DNA from: Malacoraja senta | Lineage: Eukaryota | Length of the DNA stretch: 64,000 nucleotides | Assembly: GCA_038087875.1 (NCBI GenBank) | Contig: CM075989.1 | Location: 25,174,001 to 25,238,000, forward strand | Direction: 5' to 3' | Part shown: positions 1-14,662 of the stretch, in pieces | Layout of the letters: each line of letters opens with the position of its first letter | Position numbering within the stretch: position 1 is the stretch's first letter | Translations under genes and position numbers: made by a program | Notes under the pieces: generated by a model | Database searches by the model: none | The model's input: only the letters and a program-made list of their open reading frames with translations | Told to the model about the DNA's origin: nothing

Positions 1-2328
1 CTCAAACTGGTGAATGTGGGTTGAAGACAAGAGGCAGCGGCTGAGCGGGGACTTGGGGATGTTGGGATGGGAAGCGCTGGGGGTGAGAGCGGTTACCGTG
101 GGAGTGGTGGTGTTGGTCGCCGATGCGATGGCTTCACTGACCACATCTCCTGGCCAGTACCGGACTAGCGCTGGGTTACACTGGAATCTGGATTCCGTGT
201 GAACGGTGGGAGCAGGGACAGGACCTTCGGCCCACAGTGGCCGTACTGAACACGATGTCAAAGTATGGCGGTTCAGTGAGAACTATACCTGAGGTAGATG
301 TGGACAGCTGCAGGTGTAGACGAGGAAGGCAGCGACACCGATCCGTATCCACCTCACACCCGGGAACGTTACCGGCAAATCCCCAGCGCGCTGGCAGCAT
401 AGACAACATAATACAGCATAGGGTCGCAGTAAGACGAGTTGTCCGTGATGTCCGCGTGTGTCACACCTGTCCCCACACAGTGGGTCGGACAGCATCTGTG
501 GAGGGAATGGGCAGAGCGAGGATACGTCTTTAGACTCTGGTGTAAGCAGTATTATGTTTGACATGAACACATCAGGAACATCTGTGTGAGCTCCACGCAG
601 TGAGAGCGGCAGCCACAACACATGTGGACAGATGTGTTGCAGATTCAATCACACTCATTTTCTCAAGATGCCAGCGTTTGCAATTTCCCGTGTCTCCACT
701 TAACGCCGAGCCCCCTGTCACCAGCCCGGGTTAGGGGGTAGACAGGAGACTGGACGGTGTAACCCCACGGGGTATTATCTCCCCCCCCCCCCCCCCAGGT
801 ATTTCTTTCACCATGGGCCGAGGGTGTGAGGTTCTCCCGTTTCCCTGGTCAGTGAGGCCGGGACCCGCAGCAACAGAGTCACCTCTGGAAGGGAAGAGGA
901 GCTGGAAGAGCTGAGATTCTCATCCAGATCCAAATTGTGTCTGTGAACTGGAATAGAAACAGACTTGGACAGTTTGATTGCATCCCAGGTGCAAGAGTAT
1001 ACACACTGGTGTGGGCACATCCAGAGAGTCACTGTGATCTGAATTCTGGGTGAGGGTTTGTAGGGGCTACTGAGCAGTGCAACGGAGCAAGGTGATTCTG
1101 CTTCATCGGAAACAGTAAAACAAAACTGTTCTGATCCATATTCCGTATAACCGGCTTTAAGAATAAATGAGGACTGATCTCGTGTGGATTTAGTGGGAAA
1201 GGTTGGGACTTGCACGGAACAGGTTTGGATAGGATCACTGGTTGATGGTGTAGATGCTGGAATCTAGAAGATGAGGAGAATGTTGGAGGAACTCAACAGG
1301 TCAAGCAGCATCTATGGAGGCAAGGGACCTAAGGATTTATCGACATCTCCCTCTTGCCTCCGTTTGTGATGTCAATCTGTGCAGACAGTGATAGGGCCAG
1401 ATGAGAACGGGCTTGGACATGATCCCATTGGCCTGGGTTCAGTGTGAACAGGAATGGATGGGAACTGGACAGATCCATTCGGATCAAGTCACCTATATGT
1501 CCATGTACACGGGGCACTGGGAGATGACAGTCAGCTGGGGCAAGGAATGAAGGAGGCAAATGCTGTACAAGAGGTTGCGAATACTTTAAAGATCACCATG
1601 TTGGTGTGACTAGTGAAGAAGGTCTGATGATCCAAATAGCCAGCGATCTTCAGCGATCTGTTAACATGAACTGAGAGGAGGACAAGGGCTCAGAGCGTCC
1701 GATGTTTCCTGGAAAGGTGAAAAGGCAGGAGATGTGGAGGCAAACCTCAGTGGAATGGAAGGAATTGTCTCCGTGATTAGTGGAGGACAGCAAATGTTTC
1801 TGGAAATCTGGCAACACTAACAAAAGCAGAAACTGTGGACGGTCTCTTTATAAACTGCTTTTACCAGAAAGTGATTCATGTCATTCACGAACCTTTGTGC
1901 CTGATGCAGGTACATGTCTTGAATCTGTTTCTGTAGTGGAATGGAAATCGCATCTATTGGTCAAAGATAATCCCAAATAGCAATGTTGATGCCTTCTCCA
2001 AACCATTGGTGTGTTAATTAAGTTTAGGGATACAGCATGGAAACGCCCTTTGGCCCATGTGTCCATGCCGACCATCGATCACCCATTCACACTAGTTCTA
2101 TGTTATCCCATTTACTCACCCACTCCCCACACACCGGGGGAATTACACAGTCAAAGTTCATGACTTGGAGCTGATGACTATACACTGCATCTGTGATGCC
2201 CAATGCTTGGCCAGAAAGCTTCATCATTACAGATGCTAACAACTAGTCTTTGCAAATAGTTTGGGTTTAAAACTACCTTGCATATCAATGTCCAGATACA
2301 AGCAGCATTGCACTGGAGCCCAAGTGGC

Positions 2329-2512
2329 AGAGTGTGTGAGTGAGTGAGTGAGTGAGTGAGTGAGTGAGTGTGTGAGTGTGTGAGTGTGTGAGTGAGTGAG
2401 TGAGTGAGTGTGTGTGAGTGAGTGAGTGTGTGAGTGAGTGTGAGTGCGTGTGTGAGTGAGTGTGTGAGTGAGTGAGTGTGTGAGTGCGTGTGTGCGTGAG
2501 AGTGTGAGTGTG
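2329..2512. repeat. Compound (GTGA)n/(GT)n microsatellite
   Basis: Directly visible in the sequence. Confidence 0.95.
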
Positions 2513-5500
2513 ACACAATTCTTTAACAAATAGCATTATGTTTGTGGTGAGACAATGTTCAGCTCTATTGACCTGCCATTATCGGCAGATAACTAGTCCT
2601 TTTCTCACTGGAATAATTGCAAATATTACTGAATGCTTCTTTCCTCTTGTCACTTCCCATCAATGCTTTCAAAGCTGTTTTAAACAGTTCTTTGTGGCTT
2701 CAGTCATCGCCTTGTCCCAACCCTCACCATCACTCCATGCCCACATATTTTGTCTTTCTGAAATACTTCAGGACATTCTATTGCAGGTCAGACATGGGAT
2801 AAGGGCGGTGTGGCTGTTATTGCAATGTGCCTGTCTCTGGTTCAACGTTGTGGCTGTGGAGATGTAAGAACATTGACACACAATTGAAGGCACAGATGGC
2901 CCCTTCGTTAAATTTGTTTTTGTGTAGATATAAATATTTCTGTGTTTATGTATCCCTTTTAAATTTGAAATATTTTAGCCCCAAGAGGAGCCCTTATTTT
3001 AACATTTTTCCCATTCCTTTCATGGAATTTCATCATAACAACTTGGATCAGGTGTGATGTGGCATCCAGGTCTGGCACTGAATTGTCCAAAAGGCAATGT
3101 GCGGAGAGGAGTAGGGCTTCTGAACAGGGAGTGATACTCACTCAGACTTGGTGTATGTTTAGTGGGGACCTATAGTGTTCCTCTAGGTAACCTGGGTGGA
3201 AGGGAGGTTAAAAATAATCTCCAAGGATTAAGGAAAATGCCATTTCCATTTCAGAGGTGTTCTACAATAGTTTAGGTTCAGTAGTGGAGCTGAAGTTCTT
3301 AAGTGAAGGGTGTTTAATGTTTGCAGTGCCATGCTGTAGCCCTGGGCTCAGCAACAACTGGGGACATGTCTCCTCGGAACAAGATAAAGCCCTGACCAAT
3401 GGTGGGTAGAAGGGATTACTACTAAAGATCCAATATTCTTGCCTTCGTCTGACATCATGTATTGTCTTTCCGTTGACTGGATAACACGCAACAGAAAGCT
3501 AAACTAAACATCTGAATCACTGCATCTAGATCCAGTTCCCACTAAACATTGATAAAAGGTTCACATCAGATGGCGTATTCGATTGATTAGACTGGTGTTG
3601 CCTTTTTTCTGCAGATTGTGAAACTTCAGAAAATACTTATTCATTAATTCTGAAACCAGAATTGGTTTGTAAATTGTTCAGTGTTACTTGTGTTTGTCAG
3701 ATGGACAGAGGGAATTTCAGTCCAATAATGATGAGTTTGGTAAATATATTAATGGATCACTTGCGGGGTCTGGCTGTCCTTTGGTCAGAACTAACACCAC
3801 CACATGACAGTTAATTTACAGACAATGTGGAAAATAAAATCGAGCAGACACACAAAATCAAACACTTTCTCCCATCTATATAATTCCAATCCAGAAGATG
3901 CATTGTGCATTTGTGATCTGATTCTTTCCATTTCTTACCCTTTCTTATTCCAACCCTTTCAATTTTACCACAAATATTTCTCCCTGTGATACAGCACAAC
4001 AGCAGGCCCTTCAGCCCATCATGTCCATGCTGCCCTTCAAGCACCTGACTAGATTAGACCCAGTGACCAGACAGGCTCTAAGTCACGATGCCTTGGTGAC
4101 TCCAACACTCATCCTGATGCTTAGTAACTGTGGTGAGAGTATCTGCCTGCGTCACCTCAGGCAGTGTGTTCCACATGTCCACCATTCTGTGGTGAGGACA
4201 ATTCTTCCTCAGATCCCCTCCAAACTTCCCTAACCTATATACCCTCTGGTATGGGGAAACGATGTTAATCATCTAACCCTCTGATAGTTTTGTTTCCCTC
4301 TATCAGGTCCCCTTTCCACTCCAAGGAAAACAAATCCAGTCTCTCCTCTTAACGGAAATGTTCCATCCAGGCCACATGTTAGTGAATCTCCTCCGCACCC
4401 TCTGTGTGTAGTCCTTTCCTATAGTGCAGTGACTGTACACACATCTCCAGTTGTGGCCTGAACAATGTCTTCTATAATTGTGCCAAGAACTCCCTACTCT
4501 TTAAATCTATGCTCTGGGTAATAAAGGCAAATACCTTGTAGCTTCTCCACTATCTTACCTACCTGTCCATTGATCCTTGGGCTTGGTCTTGTTCCTCAAA
4601 GCTCCCGAGGGTCCTCGTATCCCACCCCCACCCCACCTCAAAACACATCATCTCACGCGTCAGAGTGACATTCATTGCCGAGAGGACATGTCCCCAGTTG
4701 CTGTTGAGCCCAGGGCTACATCCTGGCTCTGCCATCTTATTAACTGATCAATATCATGACTTTTCCTTAAAATGTTTTCTTCATTTTCCACCGATGTGAC
4801 AAGCTCGGGACGTGAGATGAAAACAAGAGCAATGTTTCTGTTTCCCTTTCCCACCATCTGCTCTTTGTTGGCTGTCCTCACGTGCGATCTTGTCCTCGCC
4901 CTGTTGCTACAAGATGCAGTCATGATAACGTCTCTGCAGAAATTATTTCCAAACATCCACATTCCCTGCAGTGGATAAGATCTTTACTTCAATTTTCAGT
5001 TCCAGGTTTTTGTCAGGTCCTCAGGGTATTCTCTCTACAATAAATAACCATGAGGTATACCTCCATTTCTGCATAATCTGTGGAACTGTGTCATTTAATC
5101 TATATTGTCTCACATTACTTATTTTCCACCAAATTATTTACAGGTTTGTATTTTATATCCTTTCTTATTCCTGGTAAATTCAATCAGACAAAACTATTGT
5201 TTCACTGCATTCCACCAGCAGGTTCCAGGTAGTTTGTGAATTGTAGTTTGTTGAGCAAATTGATGGGGAGTTAGCTGTGGGAAGGGCTGTGGAGGGAAGG
5301 GCTGGTTCCCATGTGAATATTTGAGGGTGTCCACACTAAACTTGGGTGATTTGACCATTAGCCTGGGCTCAGGAAATGATTAAAAAAACTGGAATGAAAC
5401 CTTTGCTTGCATGGATGTTTGTGATCTGGGAAAGATTTGCTATTAATGGAGACCAAGCCTTTGCTTCAGAGGAGCAGGCATGAAAATAGGCCCTTCGGCC

Positions 5501-8500
5501 CACTGAGTCCATGCCAGCAATTAATCCATTTACAGTGTTTAGATACATGATAATGGAATAACGTTTAGTGCAAGGCAAAGCCAGCGAAGTTCGATCAAGG
5601 ATAGTCCGAGGGTCACCAGTGAGGTAGATAGTAGTTCAGCACTGCTCTCTGGTTGTGGTAGGATGGTTCAGTTGCCTGATAACAAAGTGGGACAATGGAA
5701 CGAAGGAATGAGGAAGAACATGAAGGTAAATTGTCAAGGACGCTAAAAAGGAAATGTCAAGCAAAGCAAATGCAGAGTGAAAATAATAACAATTAGACAA
5801 ACAAAAATAACTGATGTGAAATTGGGAGAGGAAATGGTAACGTATGATCTATCAAAGTCAGGAAGCATCATTGGATGCAAACTAATAATTGAATAGAAAT
5901 GCTAACTGCCATGTCCAGTGATATATGAAATGACAGAATGGGTAATACTGGGACAAGGTCGAGGTTCTTCCAGAAGGTCAGAGTCAGAAAGTTGCGTTTA
6001 GGGAAATGGAGGAGATTATTAGAACATACAGAGACAATTCACCCTGAGTAGTGCGTAGGAACTAATGGTAATGATTGTGTTGAAGTGTAAAAGGTAATTG
6101 GAATTATATCTGGCCATAATCTAAAGATCTCCCCCAATAATTCCTTACGAAACACAAAAAAGAACACAAATTGCAATGGGTAAAATCGCTAAAAACATAC
6201 AGGTAAAAGTAAGATCATACATACTCTCTGTCGCAAACTGTCGTGACGTTATAGCCTGATCTGAGGTTTCACCCAGGGGGCATCTAGTGATTTCCCACGA
6301 GACCAGACATTTATCAACAATGCATGAACAGCGAGCCTTCATCTGATCAATGGAAAGAAAACCACAGTGCTGGGGAACATGGGGTCAGATGAGCTCAGAG
6401 AGGACAGAGCTCCAGGGAAGATCATTCCAAAGCCAAATGATCATGGAGCCTATTGTCTTTAGAATATTCTCTTCATCTCAACATCTAATGATCATCATAG
6501 GTATCTTCTATCAAAGTCAAAGCACTTTGTTAAGCAGCATTCGTTATCTGTGATCTTAAAACTTGTCGCTGGATATATGGATTAACTAACCTCTGTAGTT
6601 ATTAGTGCCATATGGTCTAAGGGAGATGGCTCCCAGTTTTGGCTTTCTCCTTCAACAGGCTCATCAAAGAGTACAGGCTGAAGCTAAAACACTCGTTGAA
6701 ATGTTGAATTATACACCGATGCATTGAATTAAATAAACAATTACAAGATTACAAATAGTTAGCAACAACAAACATTCTGTGATGAAAGTGTTATCTTGGT
6801 GTATTTGACTACTGAAGAGTTGTGGCTGGGCTCCGAGCGTGTTTTAGTAAAGACCCAGCATGTTTGGAGAATGGCAATGTGAGTTGTGTCTCAGCAATGG
6901 TACTGAAGGAGTTAAACAGCTAGATGTCTTTGATCAGAATGTTTGCAAGGTTAAATACGCGGTGTGTTTGGAATAAAGGGAGAGCAGCTATTAACTTGGC
7001 TAAGTGGGTTGTGGGGGTTAATTCCACTGTTTATTCCACGAATGGCACTGTGGATTAATTACCAGGGTCCTTCTGAACAATAGTGCAGCAGGTGTGAGTG
7101 AACAAAGGCGCTGGAGACTTTACCCACCCAGGTGTGTTCCAACAATGCCCTACACGGACTCTGGCTCCTGGTTGGACAACGCCTTCATCCTTGGATTGGC
7201 TGTGACAGTAATCCTCTCCAGCCCACAAGCGCCAGGAATCCCAGCGTTCCTCCATTTCTGGTCAATGCCCCCTTCAGTAGATTCAACATGATTTAACAAA
7301 ATCTTTGAAATACGCTGGAGACACCGTGTCAATAGTTTCTGACCTCCGCTCCCTCATTCACTTGTGTCCACGGTCAGAGTATCCAGTTGATCCATTGTCA
7401 GTTCTGGACCTTTCACCTGTGGCTGGCCTTAGCACCAATCGGCAATGGGCAACATTTGTTTCTGTGCTGTTTCCCAGCTATAGTGCTTCAGGCGCTTTCA
7501 AGGTCAAAACCCACCAGTGAACCTGAAGGGAGCCATGTGAGGCCCTGACTACAATGGACTTGTGAGAACTATCGTCCATTCAATGGGCCAACACCGCACC
7601 AATACCATGTGGTGATGCTTTACAAGGTGATACAAACACTGTTTATTGAGCAGTGGACTGGCACACAGCAGTTGTAACAATTCTTTGGAATACACACAAG
7701 CCTTTTCTTGAAATTCAGTCCATCTCCACCTCACATTGTTTTACAGCGATAGGTACAAACCAGGTAATAGCTTGGATGCTGCTGAAAGACAAGGATTTAA
7801 TATAATAATTTAACAACCCTGGATATGCATTCTGTTATATGGGCTGGAGTATATATATAGTTTTGTGCACCTCTGTTAATTTTGTACATGCAGTGTTTGT
7901 TCGCCGTTAGCATCTTTGGAGAACATAGATAGGTGATGTTTCATAGAGTGCTGGAGTAACTCAGCGGGTCAGGCAGCATCTGTGGAGAACATGGATAGGT
8001 GATGTTTCAGGTCAGGCCTCTTCTTCAGATATTTGTGACAATGATGTTGGGTTTGATGTAGAGCACTAGGCTTTGCTACTTATTCATGAACACCGTTACA
8101 TGAAACGGCCCATTTCACCTGCAAATTGTTACTTGTCGATTGGACAATTTTCAGCCTGTTCTCAAAGGTCAGATTTACTTCTGATAACATCTCCGATTCC
8201 AGTCGTCACTGATGCCGCACACTAACTCTTCCCTCAGCATCTGAGAGAGGGTGAATTCTCACTCCATTTAATTTATTTTCTCCTCCTTACTTCTAAAGTG
8301 GATGCACTCACATTTTCCTTCATTACACTCCTTTTACCAATGTCTTACTCATTAAACCTGTCGACATTCCTTAATTGTGTAGGAAGGCTCTTGTCTCTTG
8401 AAGGGTCTAAAGAAGGGTCTCGATCCAGATTCCTTCGATCCAGAGATGCTGCCTGTCCCGCTGAGTTACTTCAGAATTTTGTGTCTGTCTACATTCCTTA

Positions 8501-9010
8501 ATTGTCCATCGATATCCTGACCAATTATCCAGCATTACAATGAGTTTGCACTTTCAGCCCTTTGAGCCAAAGCATAAACCAGGGTAAGACATGCCTTGGA
8601 CATGCCAGTCTGAAGAAGGGTCCCGACGCAAAACATCACCCATCCATTGTCTCCAGAGATGCTGCCTGACTCCAGCACTTTGTGCCTATCTCAGGCTCCT
8701 TACCATGCATTGATAAATGGAGACACAAGGAACTGGATACTAGAATCTTCAGCAAAACTCAACGTGCTGGAGAAACTCCACAGGTCAGGCAACATCGGTG
8801 TAGGAAATGGAGAGATACATTTTGGGTTGGGATCCTTCTTCAGACAGTCTGAAATCTAAAGCAAGGTCCTTACCTGAAACGCTGTCTGTCCCTGTCCTCC
8901 AGAGATGGTGCCTGACCCGCTGAGTTTCTCCAGAACTCTGTGTATGTGTTAATGTTTGCAGCATTACTGCCAGTACTCTCTCCCCAAACTACACCTTGTC
9001 TTCCCAACAG

Positions 9011-9115
9011 ATATTCATTAATAATGAATGGCACGACTCTGTGAGTGGGAAGACGTTTGCGACCTTCAACCCAGCATCGGGAGAGAGGATTTGTGACGTT
9101 GAAGAAGGTGACAAG
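9011..9115 (+). CDS. ALDH1A3: ALDH1A3 coding exon 2 ([35 protein letters not shown])
   Basis: cccaacag acceptor, AAG|gtaaaa donor, 105 nt. Translation matches the ALDH1A N-terminal IFINNEW segment. Confidence 0.93.
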
Positions 9116-10582
9116 GTAAAAATGTTACTTTTTATTCTTATTTCTTCCAAGATTGCACAATGTTAGTTTTGCTGTTAATGATTAGATCGTGAACCAGGAA
9201 ATGCATTTTGTGGCTTTGTTTTGTTTACATATTGGTGAGTTTTGAATATTCCAGGAATATTCTGGGGCACTGGGCTATTGATTTTTCCCACACAGCTGAT
9301 TTGTATCAGTCATTGTCTGTAACCTTCTCCAAGCTGAATCACCCATTCTGAATGTATCCGTCATTCTCATTGTCCTCTTGCACTATACACCTTCTTTCAC
9401 AACATGAATCTGAAACAACCTCTCATGGTGCAGTGTCTAACCCATCCCCACACCTTCATCTCTGGTCCTTGCATCCAGTGGTGCTCAGACAACTTTGGTT
9501 CCATTTGTGCTTTTGCTGTATTTCCAAAATAACTATTATTTACACGCAGTGAATATTATTTCTAATCTATGCTATTTGAAATATGGAGGAATTAAGTTAC
9601 AGAACTGGCACAGAAGAGCCCAGTTTGGTTCAGCCGTGACTGTGTAAATAGTGGGCTAGGCTGGAAGGGCCGAGTGGCCTACACTTGTTTTATTGTGTAC
9701 TCTGTTCCTGAAAATACAAAGCTCCAGACAATTTAACTTCTTCCTTCATGGGACGAGTTTGTTGCTGGTGAGCTCAGCAGTGATTGGTGAGGTCAAATGT
9801 TTTTGGGAAGGTTTGGAAGGCGTAATGTTATATCCAGACAGTCCTTCTGATGAAGGTACCTCCACACTGCTATTGGGCAGGGAGCTCCAGGCTTTAGACC
9901 CAGCACTGAAGATGGAAGGACAAGGTGAGGGAAATATTATTCTGCCACGTGGTCGGGTTGTGACGTCTGGACACGTCATTGGTGACTTATGTCGATGGCA
10001 CACACTGAACGTGGGCCCTCAGGACAAAGACCTCTTTGAATGGTTTATTGTGGGAGGAGCTGGACTGTGGTTGGGATGTGCTGAGGAATGTGAAGGAGCC
10101 TGCCTTGTTGTTGCTGGCCCAACCTCTGGCAGAGACCCTCCTTTACCTGTAATACCTGTAAATGCCGTGACCTATGAAGCAGGTGTAACCAGAGCCAATC
10201 TCAACCTCAGTCTGTCTGTTGAAAGCGGGACTTGTCGATTTTAGTTAAGTTGCAAGACTTGAGTCAGGACTGGAAAGGAAGGACATGTTGAGGCTCTGAT
10301 TGTAAAAATATTACATGGAAAATATTGTTGATTTATTTCAAAAGAACTGGTTTGTCCTGTTCTGAATGTGAGCACTTTACACAGGTGGCTAGTTTTAGCA
10401 AAACTACATTGAATATGAAGACGGCCCCATGGAACACGGTTACACATTTTTATCTTTTACGATAAACAGTGATTTCTGTCTCACTCCTCTGCTTTGCTGA
10501 ATATATTTGTGATAGTTTATTGTAACTGTTCCAGCGTTAAACTGCAAAAATACCACCGAGGGGAGCCTTTACTCCACAGTGT

Positions 10583-10935
10583 TTAGACACGCTAGAGGCA
10601 GGAAACATGTTCCCGATGTTGGGGGAGTCCAGAACCAGGGGCCACAGTTTAAGAATAAGGAGTAAGTCATTTAGAACGGAGACGAGGAAACACTTTTTCT
10701 CACAGAGAGTGGTGAGTCTGTGGAATTCTCTGCCTCAGAGGGCGGTGGAGGCTGGTTCTCTGGATGCTTTCAAGAGAGAGCTAGATAGGGCTCTTAAAAA
10801 TAGCGGAGTCAGGGGATATGGGGAAAAGGCAGGAATGAGGTACAGATTGGGGATGATCAGCCATGATCACATTGAACGGTGCTGGCTCGAAGGGCCGAAT
10901 GGCTTACTCCTGCACCTATTATCTATTGTCTATTG
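10583..10935 (+). mobile_element. CR1-like LINE 3' end
   Basis: RTRGHSLRI...FFSQRVVSLWNSLP followed by a 3' UTR with a ctattgtctattg tail. Confidence 0.88.
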
Positions 10936-12240
10936 ATTCTCCAGATAAGTGAGCAAAAATGACTTCATTATTGAGGCACAAGAGACTGCAGATGCTGGAA
11001 ACCCGAGTGAAACACACAGTGCTGGAGGACATTTTGGGCTGGACCCTACTTCAGACTGATTGAAGTAGGGAGGAGGGGGAATGAGGTGGGGATGGGACAA
11101 AGCCTGGCAAGTGATAGGTGGATACAGGTGAGGGGATTTGACTGGCAGATGGGTGGTGTAAGTGGCAAAGGCTAGAGGTGAAAAGGAGACAAAAGGTTGT
11201 CAGATCAGGAAATTAGTGCATGACTGTATGTGTTATTATTATCTGGATAATGTACCAAAGAAAGATGGCTGAGGGAAAGGAGATTAGGTGGCATTGGAAT
11301 AATACAGATGGATCGATTTTTGAGTCCTTCCACTTCCTAGCTCTTTGTCCATAGCAATGTATTTGAAATATTTCTCAGCTCCTTCACCCTCCCAGGCAAT
11401 GAGTTTCATTTGCCCGGTAGTCTTGGGTGAAGAATACGTTTCCACAACTCCCCTCTCATTCATTCACCAATTAACTTGAATCCCTGCCCCTGGTTATTGA
11501 CCGAAGATAGACACAAAATGCTGGAGTAACTCAGCGGGACAGGCAGCATCTCTGGAGAGAAGGAATGGGTGATGTTTCGGGTCGAGACTATTCTTCAGAC
11601 TGATCTGGTTATTGACCTCTCTACTGAAGGAAGTAGGTCCTATCAGTTCACTGTGTAAAAGGTCTCCATAGGTTTACACATCTTGGTTAAATCTCCCCCT
11701 TTAGCCTCTGTTCCTAAAGCAAGTACAGTCTAGCCAACCCCTCTTCAGCCCTGGGAAGAGCCTCAGTAATTTCCTCTCTGCCTTAGTGCTAACACATCCT
11801 TCCTGCACTATGCTGACCAGAACCAAACAAGGTACTCAGAGGTCTGACCAGTGCTTCATTCAGTTCTCGCACGATCTCCCCGCTCTTGCGTACCCTGCCT
11901 CTAGTGAAGGCAGTTGTCCCGGGTGCCTCCTTGTCCAGCCTATCTGTCTGAACTCCTACCTGGACCTGAGAACATGCCCTCCACTATGTAATTACTGCTT
12001 CACATTCAGGGTTAGGGATCTGCTCGGATAAGGTTATGGAGATTCATGGACAAATGAGAATTCCTATTTCAGGATCTCATTACCTTTCACTAGCCTCTAA
12101 CTATCACTCAGATTGAGTGCACATCCACTCCGAGTCCGGCACTGAGCATCACAATGAGACTAGTTCATGTCCCCAGACATTGAAAAGATGCAACTGACAG
12201 ACCGACGCAAAGTGATGAACCAGGGTATTTCCAAAACCAA

Positions 12241-12430
12241 AGATAGACACAAAAAGCTGGAGTAACTCAGCGGGACAGGCAGCATCTCTGGAGAGAAGGA
12301 CGCCCTTCTTCAGACTCAACCTGAAATGTCACCCATTCCTTCTCTCCAGAGATGCTCCATGTCCCGCTGAGTTACGCCAGCTTTTTGTGTCTATCTTCGG
12401 TTTAAACCAGCGTCCGCAGTTCCTTCTTAC
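12241..12430. mobile_element. Inverted pair of Penelope-derived pseudo-LTR repeats forming a 60-bp-arm hairpin
   Basis: 12241-12300 is nearly the reverse complement of 12337-12396. Confidence 0.7.
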
Positions 12431-12871
12431 AATCCCTGGCAACCAGGTGCTGTCCCAAACCACTGCTCCCCATAGCTCAGCAATTCCTACCTCTCCACAT
12501 TCTTCTGACGTGCCAATTCTTTATTCTCCTCAGATATTTTTTAATTGAAGTTTTATATTTATCATTAAAAGTTTTATTTTTATTAATTGGTTCAATGATT
12601 TATTATTAAAAGTTTATTGGATCCTCAATGACTATGGAGGATAAATGTTGCTGACCGTATTGTGGTGGCTAACTGGGCAATGGGACTTGAATTGTCACGT
12701 TGTGATTGCAATGTCGATCGGGACTTATACATGTGGCTTGTGTGATGTTTGGTGGCTTGTAAAAGCCAACACAATCCTTAACTGGGATGACTAATTTGGA
12801 TGTGAATCTCCATGTTCTTGCAGTGGGTTAACACTAAACATCAGTATTTCTTAAAGGGTTGGATCTTGGTG

Positions 12872-13147
12872 TAATTTAGAGGTACAGTATGAAACAGGCC
12901 CTTCAGTCCACGTCGACCATCAATCCATCTACGCTGACCACATTAGTCTATGCTAGAGGCAATTTACAGACCACTTACCCTGCAGATCCACAGGTCTTTG
13001 GGATGTGCGAGAAACTGGAACTCCCAGACCAAACCCATGCGGTCACTGGGAGAAGGTACAAACTCTACAGACAGCACCCGAGGTCAGGATCGAACCCAGG
13101 TCTCTGGCGCTGTGAGGCAGCAGCTCTACCCACTGCATCACTGCGCC
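12872..13147 (-). mobile_element. V-SINE (HE1-like)
   Basis: Reverse-complement box B (ggatcgaacc), V-domain and tail. Confidence 0.8.
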
Positions 13148-14631
13148 AATCACGACTCGATGAAATAGTCCTCTCAATAATAATTGAAGCCTAGTTTAGA
13201 TTTTAAGAGTATTCATAGCAAAAGGATTAGAATTTGTTGACTAAAATTGGTCCTGACATTCTGCTCTGACGTATTTCCATTCCTGGGACAATTATTTAGC
13301 CCTTAGGAAAATCTCAGTGCTTTTCACACATACTTGCCCTTACAAGCTGACGTGATTACTGTACTGCAACACCTTGTTATGTACAGTGAGATATGTAACG
13401 ATCTGAGCAGACCAGCTATGTGGAGCGTGGTAACTGAAGGCCATTGTGCCCACACCTGTGTTTATGGTGTGGCCCAGAGCCAAGGTAAACACCAACAAAA
13501 CTCAATCCCTTTACCTAGCAGCATGCTGCTATTTATACTTTAATTAGTCATGGTATTTATGAAGAGACAAAGCAGATATTTTCTGAAGGTGGATTTTATG
13601 ACATACAATACCATATCTGTGGTGTAGACCAACTATAAATCCCAGGCCACAGTAATGAAACATGTTTTCCACCAGATCGTGCAGATGTATCTAGTTTTCA
13701 ATGTGGTATTTTAGTAATTTGATGGATTTAATTACCGCTGGCACGAACACTGACAACTGGCCAGAATTCCATTCATTTTTGGATGATTCTTAGTTTAAGG
13801 TGATTTATGATTTGCGTAATTAAATGGTGTCACAAATATCCAACTTACAAATAGTTGCTGGCACTGGTTAGCATGGAAGCCCCTTGAATCCAACTGGGTA
13901 CTTTGTAGGAACATTTTTGCCAGTTTTACGCCAAAATGTAACAAGGAGCAAATTTCCTTCTGAGATTCATCAGCGGGTTACTGTCAGAGTGGTGGATGGG
14001 ACAGAGGCACCTCCACCTATTCAGTGGAGCAGCCTCGGCTCACAGTAAATACAACATGGAATCCACAATACACACAAATGCTCCAAGAAATGTTTAAAGA
14101 ATTTTTCAATAGAAAGATGTTAGATATGGAAATCCAAACTAGTATTCATTAACAACTGGATACAGTATATGTTTCATTAGTTTAATTATGGGCGTGTTAG
14201 GGCGAACATAGACATTCAATAAAGTGAAAGAATGGCAGGAACTGTATACATGTGATATGGGCAGATATATATCAACTAATGAATGGTTTCTGTTCAATAA
14301 TATGGGGCGAGTTGATTCTGATTATAGTTTCCAATTCCAAATTCTATTTAATTAGGTTTTTGTGAAACTTGGTTTTGTGGGTGAAGATTTGGATGGGCTT
14401 GTAAAGATTAGTTTAGTTTAGAGATACAGCATGGAAATAGGCCCTTCGGCCCACAGATTCCGCACTGACCTGCGATCACCCATTATGCGACCTGCAAAAA
14501 ATCTATTACATTAATATCAATAACAAATATTTTATAATGCATTAAAGAATGGTAGCCAGGGACAATTCATATCACTGTGCAGTATACAAGACAGTATTGG
14601 TGTAGGATTGGGATAACCAAAGTAGACACAT

Positions 14632-14662
14632 CTGAAGAAGGGTCCCGACTCGAAACGTCACC
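14632..14662 (+). ncRNA. Minimal hammerhead-like core, identical copy at 20555-20585
   Basis: CTGAAGA A GGGT CCCG ACTC GAAA CG TC/ACC. The 5' strand of stem I is truncated. Confidence 0.4.

Noticed and set aside
2178..2536. His/Thr/Ser-rich ORFs
   Set aside because: They are translations of the (GTGA)n microsatellite.
9693..10244. 183-aa intronic ORF
   Set aside because: Non-ATG start and no recognisable domain. It overlaps what looks like a decayed minus-strand LINE end (SKAWSSLPNS).
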